Numbered from the stretch's first letter, positions 1 through 12,922 are shown. The stretch is DNA of 64,000 nucleotides from Lytechinus pictus (GCF_037042905.1 NC_087249.1:7690001-7754000), one strand, 5' to 3'. The notes: generated from the letters alone by a model not told the origin. Numbers and translations: made by a program.

Positions 1-181
1 TGACGTCATTAGTCTCCTCATTTGCATACTGACCAGGATATGCATATTGAAATCCAGCAAATCTTTAAAATGTTGTATCTTTCTTATTTTACATCCGATT
101 TTGATGAAATTTTCAGTGTTACGCTCAATGGATTTTTCTCTTTATATTCAAATCAACTTTTCGTTGGGGTGGACTTGTCCT
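1..181. mobile_element. Right part of a Kolobok-like MITE (family A), cut by the window edge
   Basis: Ends ...GGGGTGGACTTGTCCT and aligns by eye to the 3' part of the full copies at 19053-19656 and 40910-41498. Confidence 0.8.
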
Positions 182-465
182 GAGCTGAGAAAACTATGAG
201 ATAGTGAAAGATAATGCAGAAAGTATGACATACAATCTCATGCAATATTACTTCCCAACATTTAGTCGAAGTATGATTGATAGGAAACGTAATCCGTATC
301 ATTGACTCGGAAAAAAATTTCTTTTATCTCTAATTTGATCTGTGGTGAACATTCAGCATGCTTTATAAGTACATCTACCGAGAGATGAAAAGCAACGAGA
401 CAACAACCTTAATCCTGTAGAATGAATGTACAATTATACAGATTATAAAGATTACATCTGTGCTG

Positions 466-479
466 GTTGCCATAGTAAC
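466..479. promoter_or_regulatory. RFX X-box-like motif
   Basis: GTTGCCATAGTAAC fits GTNRCCnnRGYAAC; function untested. Confidence 0.3.
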
Positions 480-1467
480 TTAAGAGTCAAGGGTGTCTCA
501 GGTTCTTCCAGACAAAGTATTTTCTGAGAGAAATTCTGAACAGCATATCCAAGATTCTTTTGTCACATGTTAAAATCAAAATTGAAGAGGACCCCCCCCC
601 CCTCCTGATATTATGGGTATACAAATAGCGTAAAGCTTGTGAGTGGCTATAAAATGTACACTTGGTGGTATTCATCATATGTGATAATCATGAGGCTCTC
701 ATGACACCAAGCAATTTAACTTTTTTTAACTTCACAAAGGGTACATTAATTAACACTGATATCTAGAATTACGGAAAACAATCCACCTACTTGAATAATT
801 AACAGAGGCGCAGTAAAAAAATGTGAGAAATTACCAAATGACTTGTTTACAATCGGAAAAAACAAACTGAAAACAAATACAAAACAGAGTGAGCACATAT
901 AATGTTGTTGCACATGCAATGTAAAAAAAAAACTGTTCATTTAATCTTGCTTTTTTTCTTCTATCCATCTCAAGAAGTCTTGGGAAACTTCACCCAGTGT
1001 ACAAACAAATACATAATGCATTGTGAAAACAAATTGTTTAATTGATCTTGCTTTTTTTCTTCTTTCCATCTTAGGAAGACGAGGGCAACTTTACCCAGAG
1101 TAATCGTCACCAGATTAACGAGTGATTCACGACCTGATGTAGAGCCTTTTGAAAGTCGTACACTAATTTCCAATTACTTGATTATGGCAAGCTAAAATGG
1201 ATTTCCAATAACTTTTGATCTGATCAGGTTATTTTTCGAACAGCCAAATTCAAATAATCCTTTGAAAAAGGAAAGTAATGCTTTTCATATTTTTGCCATA
1301 ATTTCATCCATATGGACCTATCATTTCATTGGAAATACAATCATACTAGATTATAATTTAAAAAAAAAATAATTCCGGGTAAAATTGAGATACCCCTTTT
1401 GGCACTTCATAATCTAATAATTCCCAATTTCATGCATAAGTTTACATATAGCACTGTTAGGACTCAC

Positions 1468-1608
1468 TTTGACTGAGCTGATGATGGTAACCTGTATGTG
1501 ACCGGTGGCCGAGGTCGGGCGAGTCACCCATGGAATGTGATTGGTCGGAGGGCAGGTGTGGTTGCCGCGGGCTACCTTGGTGAGGGTGAGACCCACCCCC
1601 ATATGAAT
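1468..1608 (-). CDS. GRAMD2: GRAM-domain gene internal exon (phase 1-1, 141 nt), His/Ser/Gly-rich linker (D)SYGGGSHPHQGSPRQPHLPSDQSHSMGDSPDLGHRSHTGYHHQLSQ
   Basis: Acceptor atttcttgtcAG, donor GTgagt, GC-rich, in frame with the phase-1 end of exon 4347-4446. Confidence 0.75.
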
Positions 1609-1786
1609 CTGACAAGAAATGGAAATGGAGTGAATGTGGGATGAGAATGGTGAAAGCTTGCAAGGTTTGACGCTGCTAGTTCAAAGGCACACTGCAGACA
1701 GATGAATGGTTTTTATGAGGATTTCTGACAATTCAACCCCCATCTCATCTCTCATTCTACTTTCATTCTGCCGCTGAATCCCTACA

Positions 1787-2254
1787 GGGCCTGTATCACA
1801 AGCTCAGTGCTTTGACTATAAAGTAGCGATTCCTTGCTAGAAAAATCAGCCACTTTCACAACACTTTTCAACCTGCTGTTCAAACAAACGAGGTACTTCA
1901 ATTTGTTTTTAGGTTATATTAAACTACCACTGGGTAGTCATGTAACAGGACGTTTCGGAGTCCTGTAGGACACACAACATTTTCACCTTTTATTCACCCG
2001 TACTCAAACAAATTTGGTTGGTTTTCAGTTTTTCCACATCACTTCACGCTTTTACTTTATCATTGACAAAAAAAGTTTTATTGCTCAAGCATTCAGCTAT
2101 TAAAGAAACAATAAATTGTTGTTAAAATGTCCCCTACGACACGGATGGAATCGCTCTAAGGCTGATTTTTTACGAGCGATTGCATTGATCATTATGTGCG
2201 ATAAAGTGTACAAAGCAACTGTATGATCGATTGCATAGCTTTGTGTAACAGGCC
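1787..2254. mobile_element. Degenerate Harbinger/Tourist-like MITE
   Basis: Imperfect terminal inverted repeats AGGGCCTGTATCACAAGC ... GCTTTGTGTAACAGGCCCT. Confidence 0.4.
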
Positions 2255-2903
2255 CTAGACCTGAATCTTCCTTCGACAAATTCATTTCTAGCAAACTTCA
2301 TTGGCTTTTGAGTCAGTTTTGACTAATAGAACCACAAGTCTGACTGCACATTGAAACTTACATGATAAACAAGTATGATTAATCACATTCTTAATAATGA
2401 CAATGGCACGAATGAGCAATAAGCGACATTAATTTCAGGCCGTGAAAGAGGTTAATAACATGATGGCTTTTGCCTTGAGAGACAATCTTCATGGACTACC
2501 GCTGTGCATGGAACAATACGTGGATTATTACAACTTACGCATGGGATGGGAATATGAAATAGACAAACATTCAAAATTAAAAAATCTGCAGCACGCTTCG
2601 CTTCACTCCAATTAGGTATAGTAATATTGCAAAAAATGATCAGCCTTGTCTTCTGCTACAAAAACAACTCATGAAATAATTAATCATGCTTTATACAAAC
2701 TTCCCAATTGAGGGAAGTAATGAGCTGCCAGTTGTCTACAAAAACAAAGTATTATCAAAGATGCTGAAAATTCTTGGGCATTTTTTGTTCTATCTTATCT
2801 ATGGCTTATGGAAAATAATTTAGAGAGCAAAATAATGAAAAATAGCTTTATCAAATGAATAATTTCAATATACTTTTTCTAATTTTTTCATCTTTTAGGT
2901 GTA

Positions 2904-3225
2904 GGTGGTGTTGCAAGAAAATATTTGCATTCAATTGCTAATATTCTGTTGCAATATTACATGTGAAAGATCAGGGGAGCGTTTCATGAAAGATCTTGTC
3001 AGATGTTTATCCGACAAGTCCTGTTTTATCCGACAGTTACCATAGCAACAGTCTCTCTCAGCCAATCAAGATCTGACAACTTGTCAGACAAAAATGTTGA
3101 TGAAACTATCCCCAGTTTTAACCTTGTAGCAAATCAGATTAAATCAATTGTAAATTCACAATTACTTTCAAGACTTGTGATTAAGGGACAGAAAATAATT
3201 TATTGCAAGTTTCTTGCAACTCCCC
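2904..3225. mobile_element. MITE (GGGGAGTTGCAAGAA-type TIR) with a nested MITE
   Basis: TIRs GGTGTTGCAAGAAA ... TTTCTTGCAACTCCCC; second copy at 4881-6174. Confidence 0.6.
2975..3112. mobile_element. Nested Harbinger-like MITE with CAG target duplication
   Basis: cag|GGGAGCGTTTCATGAA ... TTGATGAAACTATCCC|cag; contains X-box GTTACCATAGCAAC at 3036-3049. Confidence 0.6.
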
Positions 3226-3865
3226 ATTAGGCATATATGTACATGTATACAAAATCAATTTTCAGTAGTAAGGCTCTTAACCAAGAGCCCAGTAACACAG
3301 AACTTCAACAATTGATCAATACAATTCATTTATATGGTGATTGAACACGATGATCAATACAATTAAACATAAATATCGATCACTCAAATTTGTGTCGAGG
3401 GGCCTTGATCAAACAGAGGCTGATCACTCATTAATAATGTCATTTGAGGTGATGCCAGGAAATGGAATGATTTAATACTATTCATAAAATGCTTCTCCAG
3501 AAATATCTCAAGTTATAATAACATGGAAAAAAATACAGAAATCATAAATTATTCATCCTGCCTTCTTCTGAATATAACAAAAAGACTCCAAGGTCTTTGA
3601 GTAAACCTGCTAGAAATTCCTCGACTGCTGATGGAATTTTTGGACTTTCGGTAATTGCAAATATAAATAAAATATCTATGAAATGAATTATTCAAAGAGG
3701 TAATAATGGCTCGAAGTGGGGAAAGTTTCTTTTTGTAAATCAGAATTTTGTCGGCTAAAGGATATTGGATGGAAATCTCGATCATAAGCCTTTGAGGCAA
3801 GACACAAAACTTTGTGACTCCCGCTATCTAAATGATGCAAGATATACTAGCAAAAGGCCCTCTTG

Positions 3866-3878
3866 GTTGCTAGGCAAC
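3866..3878. promoter_or_regulatory. RFX X-box-like motif
   Basis: GTTGCTAGGCAAC, near-palindromic X-box outside any repeat I recognised. Confidence 0.35.
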
Positions 3879-4346
3879 GGCACTAAGAGGAGAGATGATG
3901 ACAGGCAGGGAATATTTTAAAATTCACTTGATTGATGAGACGGTGAAAGGTTTCACATCAAAAGTTAAAATTGACCATAGGGCATCGGCAACATTAAAAG
4001 ATAAATGTTCTCTTCTGACAAATGCTCTAAAAGGGGACAGATAATCAAAACAGCCGACTGGTATTGAATGAGATACATCAAAGAAGCTCATTATTATTTT
4101 CTGTAGTTAATATGAAAACTATGTTTTTAAAGTTCAATCCGGAAAACAGACTAGCTTTCATCCTGTTGGACCCCCTTGGCAATGTGTCAGCGATCGTATT
4201 CCCATCACTAAAAAGCAACAATACTGACCACTTCATATCCGATTAATCGGAGAGTTGTTTGTGTCTCCTGTGTCTCCTATGTTTAAAAATACAATATGAT
4301 CTGAATATATTCCTCTTTTTTAAGGATTGTAAAGGTTGAGGCTTAC

Positions 4347-4446
4347 CTGAAAAGCGGGACGATTCCAATCTCTGGTACTCATGAACACTAACTGGAGGCA
4401 AGACACGACCGTTGGGACCGTCGTGTTCCATATCTAGCTCATCCTC
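4347..4446 (-). CDS. GRAMD2: GRAM-domain gene internal exon (phase 0-1, 100 nt) EDELDMEHDGPNGRVLPPVSVHEYQRLESSRFS
   Basis: Acceptor tttgcatgtttcAG, donor CAG|GTaagc, frame-compatible with both neighbouring exons. Confidence 0.85.
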
Positions 4447-4559
4447 CTGAAACATGCAAAAAAAGGATCGGTGATAAAAGCATGAGGGCGAGAATAAGAA
4501 ATGGTAGAAATAGAAATATCTGTGGGCGTTTCCTAAAGAGTTATAAAGTGAGACTTAAA

Positions 4560-4877
4560 GGCCCGTATTCTGAACTGAGGTTTAAATTGAACCTTGGAAT
4601 AAAGTTGTGGTTTAACTATGGAGAGCCAATTGGGGCACAAATCCCTAACAGTACACATCCAATTTATTAACTAATTTTACACTCAAATTGTTTATAATTG
4701 TCGGTAATGATAACTGAAGTATTCTGAAGTATTTTTCTTCATTATGGAGGAATCAAAATATAGTAAAAATAAGAGATATACAATATAAACAGATTTTTTT
4801 TAAATTTTTGGCATCCCATAACTTTAGCAGAGAGTTAGACCATGGTCTTAGTTAAACCTGCCTTCAGAATATGGGCC
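4560..4877. mobile_element. Harbinger/Tourist-like MITE
   Basis: TIRs GGCCCGTATTCTGAA ... TTCAGAATATGGGCC, flanked by AAA on both sides. Confidence 0.65.
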
Positions 4878-4880
4878 AAA

Positions 4881-6174
4881 GGGTATTGCAAGAAAATATA
4901 TGCAATCAATTACAAATATTCTGATGCAATTTTGCAATTTATAGATCAATTTTTACTGTCGCAAATCAGTCAGACTGCAGGTCCCAAGAAAGTGGCTTCT
5001 TTCATCCAAGTGATATTCATGACTTGAGATGTTTTGCATATATAATGAGCTTGATGCAGACCAAAACACCTCTTTTCATTCGGTTATTGCTGCTCTAATT
5101 GTGCATCGAATTTCATGAATTTGGTACCATTGTAAAGAAGAAGAATCATTCTTTCAGGTCATGTGTTTGGATTTATTCAAAGATTTTGTAATATAGGTTA
5201 AAATTTTGATCTAAAATATGCTACAAAATAAATATTTTCACCTGACAAAAGCTGCTATTTATACACTTTATTTTTGTTTGAGCCCAAATGATTTTTATAT
5301 CATGATAAAGCTGAATATGTATGCTTTGAAGTGATATATGTTTCAAAATAAGAATTGGTTTAATCGGGTCAAGATCACACTTTTCATTTGCCAAGTACAT
5401 AAAGCAACTTGAAAACAAGAATACTGCACTCTGATTGGTAAAAAAGACCACACAATGGCAAATTCCAACGGTTCCAGTGCCTGGGTTCGTGGGAAGGTCA
5501 CACTTCCCATGTGGTAATCTCCTCAAATACCCCGCCTGTTGTTCTGTGAACCTTATCCAGCCAATCAGAATCATGCAAGTACAAAATTTCAGAAATCTCG
5601 TCTTGTACCTTGGTGGGAAAAGTGTGATCTTGACCCGATTAAAAGGTGCCGCATATCAAGAGTGGCATTGTGAGAAAGTACAGAAGTTCAGCTTTATGGT
5701 GATATAGATATCATTGAGGCTCAAAATAAAAAGTTTTACACAATTTGCAAAAGAAAACAGAGAAAGAAAATTCAGTTTTGAGGCACATTTTCAGGCCAGA
5801 AATTTACTTATTTAACAAAATATTGTATACAAAATAAATGACCAATATGAAAGAGTAACTTTTACTCTATCTGATTGTGCAATAATATTTCATTTAACTT
5901 GAGGTTAAGACAGGTAAATTCTTAGAGAAAGAAAATCTCACGAATCACGAGATTTTGCAAGGAGGAGGATTCAGCCACGAGATGATTTGGATGAATCTGG
6001 CCTTTTTGCTCATTAGCATAGGGACCTGCGGTCTGACTGAAATCATATTACACTCCTTGTTTCAAGAAGCAGATTAAGAATCAATTGCAAATTCACAATT
6101 ACTTTCAAGACTTGTGATTGATTTAGGGATAGAAAATAGACTTGCAGTTGATCGCAAGATTCTTGCAACTCCCC
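4881..6174. mobile_element. MITE of the 2904-3225 family, split by a Sola-like insertion
   Basis: GGGTATTGCAAGAAA ... TTCTTGCAACTCCCC termini; the two halves align to the 2904-3225 copy. Confidence 0.6.
4967..6039. mobile_element. Non-autonomous DNA transposon with 4-bp AAAT TSD (Sola1-like)
   Basis: 19-bp TIRs CAGTCAGACTGCAGGTCCC / GGGACCTGCGGTCTGACTG (1 mismatch); AAAT at 4963-4966 and 6040-6043; AWWT TSDs are typical of Sola1. Confidence 0.75.
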
Positions 6175-7187
6175 ATTATAGTTGCACTGATAGTATAAAA
6201 CGTATCACTGCTTTGGTCAAACCATGCTCAGAGGACGCGCAATTATGTGTTGTCATCAATGAGGTTACGTGTTAGATGCAGTATGCCCATTGTACGCAAT
6301 TTCATTTCATTTGTTTGTTTTTTGGGGCTACTTTCCACAATTTAAGGCCTGAATCTGGACCACTGGATAAGCTTTATTAAACATAGATGCAGAATGGTAC
6401 TACTGAACTGTTTTTCCATGAGTTCAATCTTTGCGGTATGCTGCACAAATTGAAAACTACAGTTTGACAAGAATCCACAATTACAACAATAAAAATTGCA
6501 TTAATACTAACTCCCATAAATTACAGCGCACAAAGGCAAGTACAAATATCAGTTACAAAAGGCAACAAAAGGCAAAAGTAATAAACAACTTTGTTAACGA
6601 TGTTTTGGACAGGTCATCTTTGGTGAATTTATGTAAGAAATTGACTTAATTAACAGCCGTTTTTAAAAATGGAGCTTAAAACTTGATTTGAAGAAAGGTC
6701 CCTATTAATAAACTGAATGATAGTCTAATATCAATAACTCTATGTTCATCAAAAGAGGTTATACTGAATAGACCAATTCATAGTTCCCTCATGGGCAATC
6801 TGTTCAAGTGACTTTTCTTTTCTATTATTAGGATAGGCAAATGTCAAAGCAAGGTTTAACGTAAGCATTTCTGATATACTGGGATGCAGAAATTGCATAG
6901 ACAAGGTGACAAGTATAGCACATTAATGAACAAGCTATTTTATTTGCTCCATTACTATAGCATGCTGCTATTACAATGTACTTGGCCAAAACACCATTCG
7001 CTAATGGATGCATTGGTTATTTTTTCAATGGATCTATTGAAGAGGAAAATTCAAAAGATAATCAAAAAATCAAATTTGTGTTTATCTCATTGACTTATTA
7101 TTCCCATTTGACTACAAATGACCTTCTTCTGATCATGTGCAGAACGGAACTATGAACTCGCTCATTGAGTAATTTTAATTCCATCAT

Positions 7188-7332
7188 GGGTCCGTTGCAG
7201 AAAGAGTTGCGTTTAAACGCAAGTCAAAAAATCAATCGCAAGTCCCAAATGCACGCTGTTGATTGGTTGAAAGTCAAGTTGCGCATGATTTTTAGAGTTG
7301 CGATTGATTGCAACTCTTTCTGCCACGGGCCC
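7188..7332. mobile_element. Harbinger/Tourist-like MITE
   Basis: TIRs GGGTCCGTTGCAGAAAGAGTTGC ... GCAACTCTTTCTGCCACGGGCCC. Confidence 0.65.
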
Positions 7333-7838
7333 CTGTAGGCATAATCTTAGAAGGTTGCACAGAATGTTGATGGTGTAACACAAGCAAGGTTTTGAGCATT
7401 ACATGCACCAATTATCCTGATCAAATCACAAGGAATATTAAGAAAGATCTTGTGAATGTTCTTCATTTTTTTAAATCCATACACCTTCAACACAAAATGA
7501 TCTCACATTATCCACCAGTGAACATGAACAACGTACACCTAATCCATTAAGAATAATTAGTACAAAAAGCTACATTGCCTTACAAATGATACATGTATGT
7601 ATAAATGCTTCTTTTTCGTATATTTTTACAATATATTTTTTTATAGATTTTTGTAAATAGTAATATATTTGTGGAAGAGCATTGCAGTTTATCATGTGGC
7701 GATAATACAAAAATATGCTCATAGTTAGCTGTCGACCTCTTCGGTGGTGACACCAGAGACCAACGCTCCAGCGGTTGATCTCACGTGGTGCCATCAAAGT
7801 CGTCATTAAAAAATGAATCCGTAGAAAAAAGGACTTAC

Positions 7839-7907
7839 ATCTTCACTTTCCCCTGGAATGTCTTCTTCATCGCTGTCCCCTTGGAGACTGGAACTTGGGC
7901 TCATTGA
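7839..7907 (-). CDS. GRAMD2: GRAM-domain gene internal exon (phase 0-0, 69 nt) SMSPSSSLQGDSDEEDIPGESED
   Basis: Acceptor gttttaaccctAG, donor GTaagt, 23 codons without stop, acidic linker after the GRAM domain. Confidence 0.8.
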
Positions 7908-8039
7908 CTAGGGTTAAAACAAGAGAACGTTTCTCGAGATGACTGGGTTCCCGTTTCATGAAGACATGTTAAAATAACAAATGCAATTTCTATAACAAAT
8001 ATAACAAATCGAATGATTTCAGTAGCCACTGTTGAAATA

Positions 8040-8137
8040 AAACTAAATACATAAATGAATGAATAAATGAGTGAGTGAGTGAATGAATGAATGAATGAAT
8101 GAATACATAAATAAATAAAACTAAATAAATAAATAAT
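8040..8137. repeat. Compound (AATG/AGTG/AATA)n microsatellite
   Basis: Direct tetranucleotide repeats. Confidence 0.8.
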
Positions 8138-8640
8138 CTTAAAACTGTAAATAGCAAATTAGTTATTATAATGAAATGAGCCCAGATAGTTCATGCATTC
8201 AGCCACTATCATAGCATACAAAAAAATGCATACCTCCCAGGGCATAAGTGAGAATTATATTATGCATGAGGTACCTTCGGAACAGTGTTAATATGCCCAA
8301 GGCATAGCCGAGGGCATTTGGATTGTTTCACAGGCATTAAGTGTGGGTATAATTACTCTAATGCCTTTAGAAGCTAAATGATATGTAATATATATTGTAC
8401 AAGATATTGATGTGGATCCTTGTTATTTGGTAGACCATCCTCATCTCAAAATAATGACCGGTCAATAGAACTAGCCATTGTACTACCAGTCATTAGCAAA
8501 TTTTACTGTTAGTTGAAATAAATGACTGGCCATGGCTTGTGGTGATTACATGGAGGATCAATATCACCATTTTATAAAAATAAAAATGGAAATCCATATT
8601 TTATAATAAGATAATCTAAAATAATGTTTTGTGTATTTAC

Positions 8641-8724
8641 CTCAGTCTCACCCTTGGCATTTTTCCAGACTCTGTAAAGGAGTTGGTGCGTGGAATGTCT
8701 TGAAAGCAATGACCCAAAGATGTG
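8641..8724 (-). CDS. GRAMD2: GRAM domain C-terminal exon (phase 0-0, 84 nt) HIFGSLLSRHSTHQLLYRVWKNAKGETE
   Basis: Strong acceptor tttttcatattttcttccacAG, donor GAG|GTaaat; matches the GRAMD2-type F-x-SLLSR-x-ST-xx-LL motif. Confidence 0.9.
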
Positions 8725-8873
8725 CTGTGGAAGAAAATATGAAAAAGTTCTAAACAAACGTCCATCAATAAGACAGTTTGCACAGATAAAACCCGAGCAT
8801 TCGCAGATTTGAACAGAGCCAAACCCACTGACCTGAACGCCTGACATAGCAACACAAAATTCATTCATGCAAT

Positions 8874-9043
8874 CAGGGGCTCGATTTCAGAAAACTTATT
8901 ATAATAACAGTTTTGCAATAACAGTTAAAAGTTAGTGAAATCTTGCATTTGATTGGGTTAAACTTGCTATTGTTATAGAAAAGTAAACTTGTTATAGAAA
9001 TTGTGCATTTGTTATTATAACAAGTTTTGAGACGGTACCCTGG
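8874..9043. mobile_element. Harbinger-like MITE
   Basis: Imperfect palindrome CAGGGGCTCGATTTCAGAAAACTT ... AAGTTTTGAGACGGTACCCTG. Confidence 0.5.
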
Positions 9044-9366
9044 TTTCTGAAAATCAATTTTATTTATAATTTTTTTTTCACATGGCAAGAATCCTGGTCA
9101 CCTTGCATGATTTTCTGCAAAAATTCTAAAGATTTTGCAAAGTAGGCCTACCTACTTAATTGCAGATATTTCACTTCTGAAATACATGTATTACAAGTAA
9201 ATTCACTTTCTCACTTGCAAAATATTTGGCCATTTTTTTAAATCTGGGCAAATATCATTATACCGGGTATCTTATGTGATCTTTGGGTGCGAAAGCATCT
9301 AACGAAATGCTATCTCCTAAGGCAATCAAGGTACCCATTTTAAAATGAAAGACTTAATCAGATTAA

Positions 9367-9948
9367 AGGAGAATGAAACTCTTGGAGCAAGTTAGCTTTT
9401 GTGAAAGCAGAAAAATCAAAGAATAAGATCAACAAACTTTGAGTAAAATAGGACTAGCAATAAAAGAGTTATGAGCATTTGAATGTCGAGATCACTAATG
9501 CTATGGAGATCCCCCCATTGGCAATGCGACCAAGATCTGTGATGTCACACACGTACAACTCTCCCATTCGGACACTGAAAATATACCCCAAAACATCTCT
9601 TTTTGCTCATTCTAATCATATGACAAACGATTCATCAGTGATATAATGTTGTGAAACCTCTGTACTTGTCATCTCATAAAGAAAACACCTAACCTTGTGA
9701 TAGACTCTATAAAAGTGAGAATATAAGTGAAATAAGTACTAAGGTAATGAGGGAGTTGTACGTGTGTGATATCACAGATCTTGGTCGCATTGCCGATGGG
9801 AGGATCTACATGGCACTAGTGATCTCAATATTCAAATGCTCATAACTTTCTTATTATTCATTCAATCTTCCTCAAACTTTCAACAATATGTTTCTTTGAT
9901 TTTTCTCTTTGATATGGATTCAGCTAGTTTCAAGGGTTTCATTCTCCT
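9367..9948 (+). mobile_element. Kolobok-like MITE family B (~583 bp, long imperfect TIRs)
   Basis: TTAA|AGGAGAATGAAA ... TTTCATTCTCCT|TTAA; near-identical copies at 27996 and 46359. Confidence 0.9.
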
Positions 9949-11758
9949 TTAAGATTGGATTGGTATAAACCTCACTTTTGAGAAAAGGTTCAATGAGATT
10001 ACAGGACGTAAAAGCTTCAATGCAGTGACCCATTCAGACAGGATAATTTGCATGTATACAGAATAATTTGCGAATATGTACATGTCATAACATAGCTTAG
10101 CAGTAGAGTATCATTCATCTCTTGGCTTAAAGTGAACATGTTAATAAAGGCAGCATCCAACATGTTGATTTGAGGAGAAAGGCCAGCAAAACATTGATAA
10201 TATCACCAAGATTGGACGCAAAATGTAGCATTGCTTGGTTTTTACATAAGAGTGCTGAAGGAGGCAGTATGCAAACAATGGATCTGATGATGTCATACAA
10301 TTGCTATTACTTAAGTGTATTTTATTTACAATGGACTTATTTCCTTCATCACTTGAGCCCCCCCCCCCTTCAGCATGTCAAATGACAAATTGTTTAAACA
10401 AGTGACTTTAATTAAATTAGAGTGTTTTTCTATCTCAGGAATTCAAATATAGATTGAAATTTCTTCATTTTCATGAGTGCATGATATAATCAGCTCTCTG
10501 ATTATAATATTTCATGTACGGTAACTAAAATTCTAAGCATTACATTTTTAAAAATATTTATTCAAATTGACTTGTTGTTAGATTCTGCTTTTAGGATGAT
10601 GACATTAAGTTGAATTTCTATGCCATAATTAATTCAAAATTGTATAAATAAATACAACCAATTGAAACAAAAACTGCATTCCATGAGTTCCTAAATTATA
10701 TAAAAACTATATGAAAAACTACTAAACATGCAACAATGAAAACTAAAAGTGAATTTGTTTATGCATCTCAGTAATGTACACAAAAATTCAATAATTTTTT
10801 TAGGATGATAATTTATAAACAATGAAAATTGAATCATCTAGCTGTCCCTTTCCATTAACAAGTGTTCATTTTGCAATGCGAATAGTCATCACAAAATATT
10901 GCAGTAATCATTGTCGATACAAAATTAAATAACTTGAATTTTCTGACATGCATTAGAGGAAAAATTACAGCAAAAATATATTTCCTAATCGACATACCAT
11001 ATAAAAACCCTAAAAATCAAAAGTAGCAAAGAACTGAAATGGTATCTATACAAACACAAAAAGAATCCTCATTTTTCTTTGCATGTTTACACATAATTCA
11101 TGCTCCAGTTAACACTCAGAATTAGATGCATAAACAATTCAGTATAGCTTAAAGATCTTTTCTGCTTCTCGTATAAAATACGTCATATTTCTTTGTGATT
11201 AAAATAATAAATAAATTATAGTAAATGGCATTCCATTCATCGTTTGACTATCAAAGTACTGTACCAAAAAGAATTTTGATTCAAGTCAAAAGCAGCGCAC
11301 CATACGACTACAAATGTGATATTCAACAAAATATGTACAGTATTTTTAAAAATACACAAAAGCATTACAGCCCCCTGTCTTTTCTGATGGCTTACATAAA
11401 TCACTACTTAAATACTTTACCAGACCACTTCGCTATTTATAGATATGATCATATAAATTTGTTTGAATGTTGCATCACAGCTAAAAATAATCATCAACGA
11501 CAGTCTCACTATACAGTGTAGTTTAATGGCGAAGCCTCAAACGTACTTAACAAAACTGATGGGCACAGTGTCATCACTTCCATGTTCATGATTTACAACA
11601 TAAATTTCAGGTTTTACAAATGGATGGCTACAATGTCCATGAGAGAATCAGTGTTCATTATATTACATTATTAAAATGGATTAATGGGTAAATAATCAAT
11701 TTCAATACATGACTGAATGACATTACCATATATATCAATGAAAGGCTATTTAATAGGG

Positions 11759-12904
11759 AACAAGTGGAATGCCTCTGGCCGTCTCACCTGCATCACGCGA
11801 TTCAATATAGCAGCAGTGCTGATTTTGAAAACTACTATAACTCGCACAAGATGTTCAGTGATACTTGGTTACTCTTATTTCCATGTTTTATGAACTAGAC
11901 CAATACACTTATAGAGATATGATGGCAATTCAACAAATACCCCCATTATGGCCAAAGTTCATTGACCTTACATGACCTTTGACCTTGATCATGTGACCTG
12001 AAACTCGCACAGGATGTTCAGTGATACTTGATTAGTCTTATGTCCAAGTTTCAAGAGTCAGATCCATCAACTTTCAAAGTTATGATGGTAAATCAACAGA
12101 TACCCCCATTATGGCCAAAGTTCATTGACCTTTGACCTTGGTCATGTGACCTAAAATGTGCACAGGATGTTCAGTGATACTTGATTACTCTTATGTCCAA
12201 GTTTTATGAACTAGACCAACACACTTTCAAAGTTATGGCTGTAATTCAACAAATACCCCAATTTGGCCAAAGTTCATTGACCCTAAATGACCTTTGACCT
12301 TGATCATGTGACCTGAAACTTGCACAGGATGTTCAGTAATACTTGATTACTATTATGTCCAAGTTTCATGAATAAGATTCATAAACTTTCAAAGTTATGA
12401 TGGTAATTCAACAGATACCCCCAATTCGGCCAAAGTTCATTGACCCTAAATGACCTTTGACTTTGGTCATGTGACGTGAAACTCATGCAGGATGTTCAGT
12501 GATACTTGATTAACCTTATGTATAAGTTTCATGAACTAGGTCCATATATTTTCTAAGTTATGATGACATTTCAAAAACTTAACCTTACATGTAGGTTAAG
12601 ATTTTGATGTTGATTCCCCCAACATGGTCTAAGTTCATTGACCCTAAATGACCTTTGACCTTGGTCATGTGACATGAAACTCAGGCAGGATGTTCAGTAA
12701 TACTTGATTAACCTTATGGCCAAGTTTCATGAACTAGGTCCATATACTTTCTAAGTTATGCTGTCATTTCAAAAACTTAACCTCAGGTTAAGATTTGGTG
12801 TTGACGCCGCCGCCGCCGTCGCCGCCGCCGCCGCCGCCGCCGCCGCCGTCGGAAAAGCGGCGCCTATAGTCTCACTCTGCTATGCAGGTGAGACAATAAA
12901 AAAA
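11759..12904 (-). mobile_element. Helentron-associated non-autonomous element (HINE/DINE-1-like) with internal tandem repeats and (GCC)n
   Basis: Subterminal inverted repeats GTCTCACCTGCAT (11781-11793) / ATGCAGGTGAGAC (12882-12894); partial repeat GTCTCAC near 12869; about six internal units of 155-200 bp (TGACCTTTGACC motif); GCC microsatellite 12805-12850; A/T-run at the end. Confidence 0.7.
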
Positions 12905-12922
12905 TGATGGAAAATGGAAATA

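Noticed and set aside
1..1467. Further 3' exons (VASt or transmembrane domain) of the GRAM gene
   Set aside because: No convincing phase-1 exon found; the C-terminus probably lies beyond the window, so GRAMD2 versus GRAMD1 cannot be settled here
8210..8380. Imperfect palindrome with GCCCAAGGCATAGCCGAGGGC central hairpin
   Set aside because: Probably an old non-autonomous element, but termini and TSD cannot be defined
8725..8868. Upstream extension of the ORF containing the GRAM C-terminal exon
   Set aside because: A strong polypyrimidine acceptor at 8725 and the domain alignment (SEK|HIF) place the exon start at 8724
11840..12790. CRISPR-like repeat array
   Set aside because: Whole units are homologous (no unique spacers), there are no cas genes, and the context is eukaryotic; the same applies to 50582-52540 and 59672-60172
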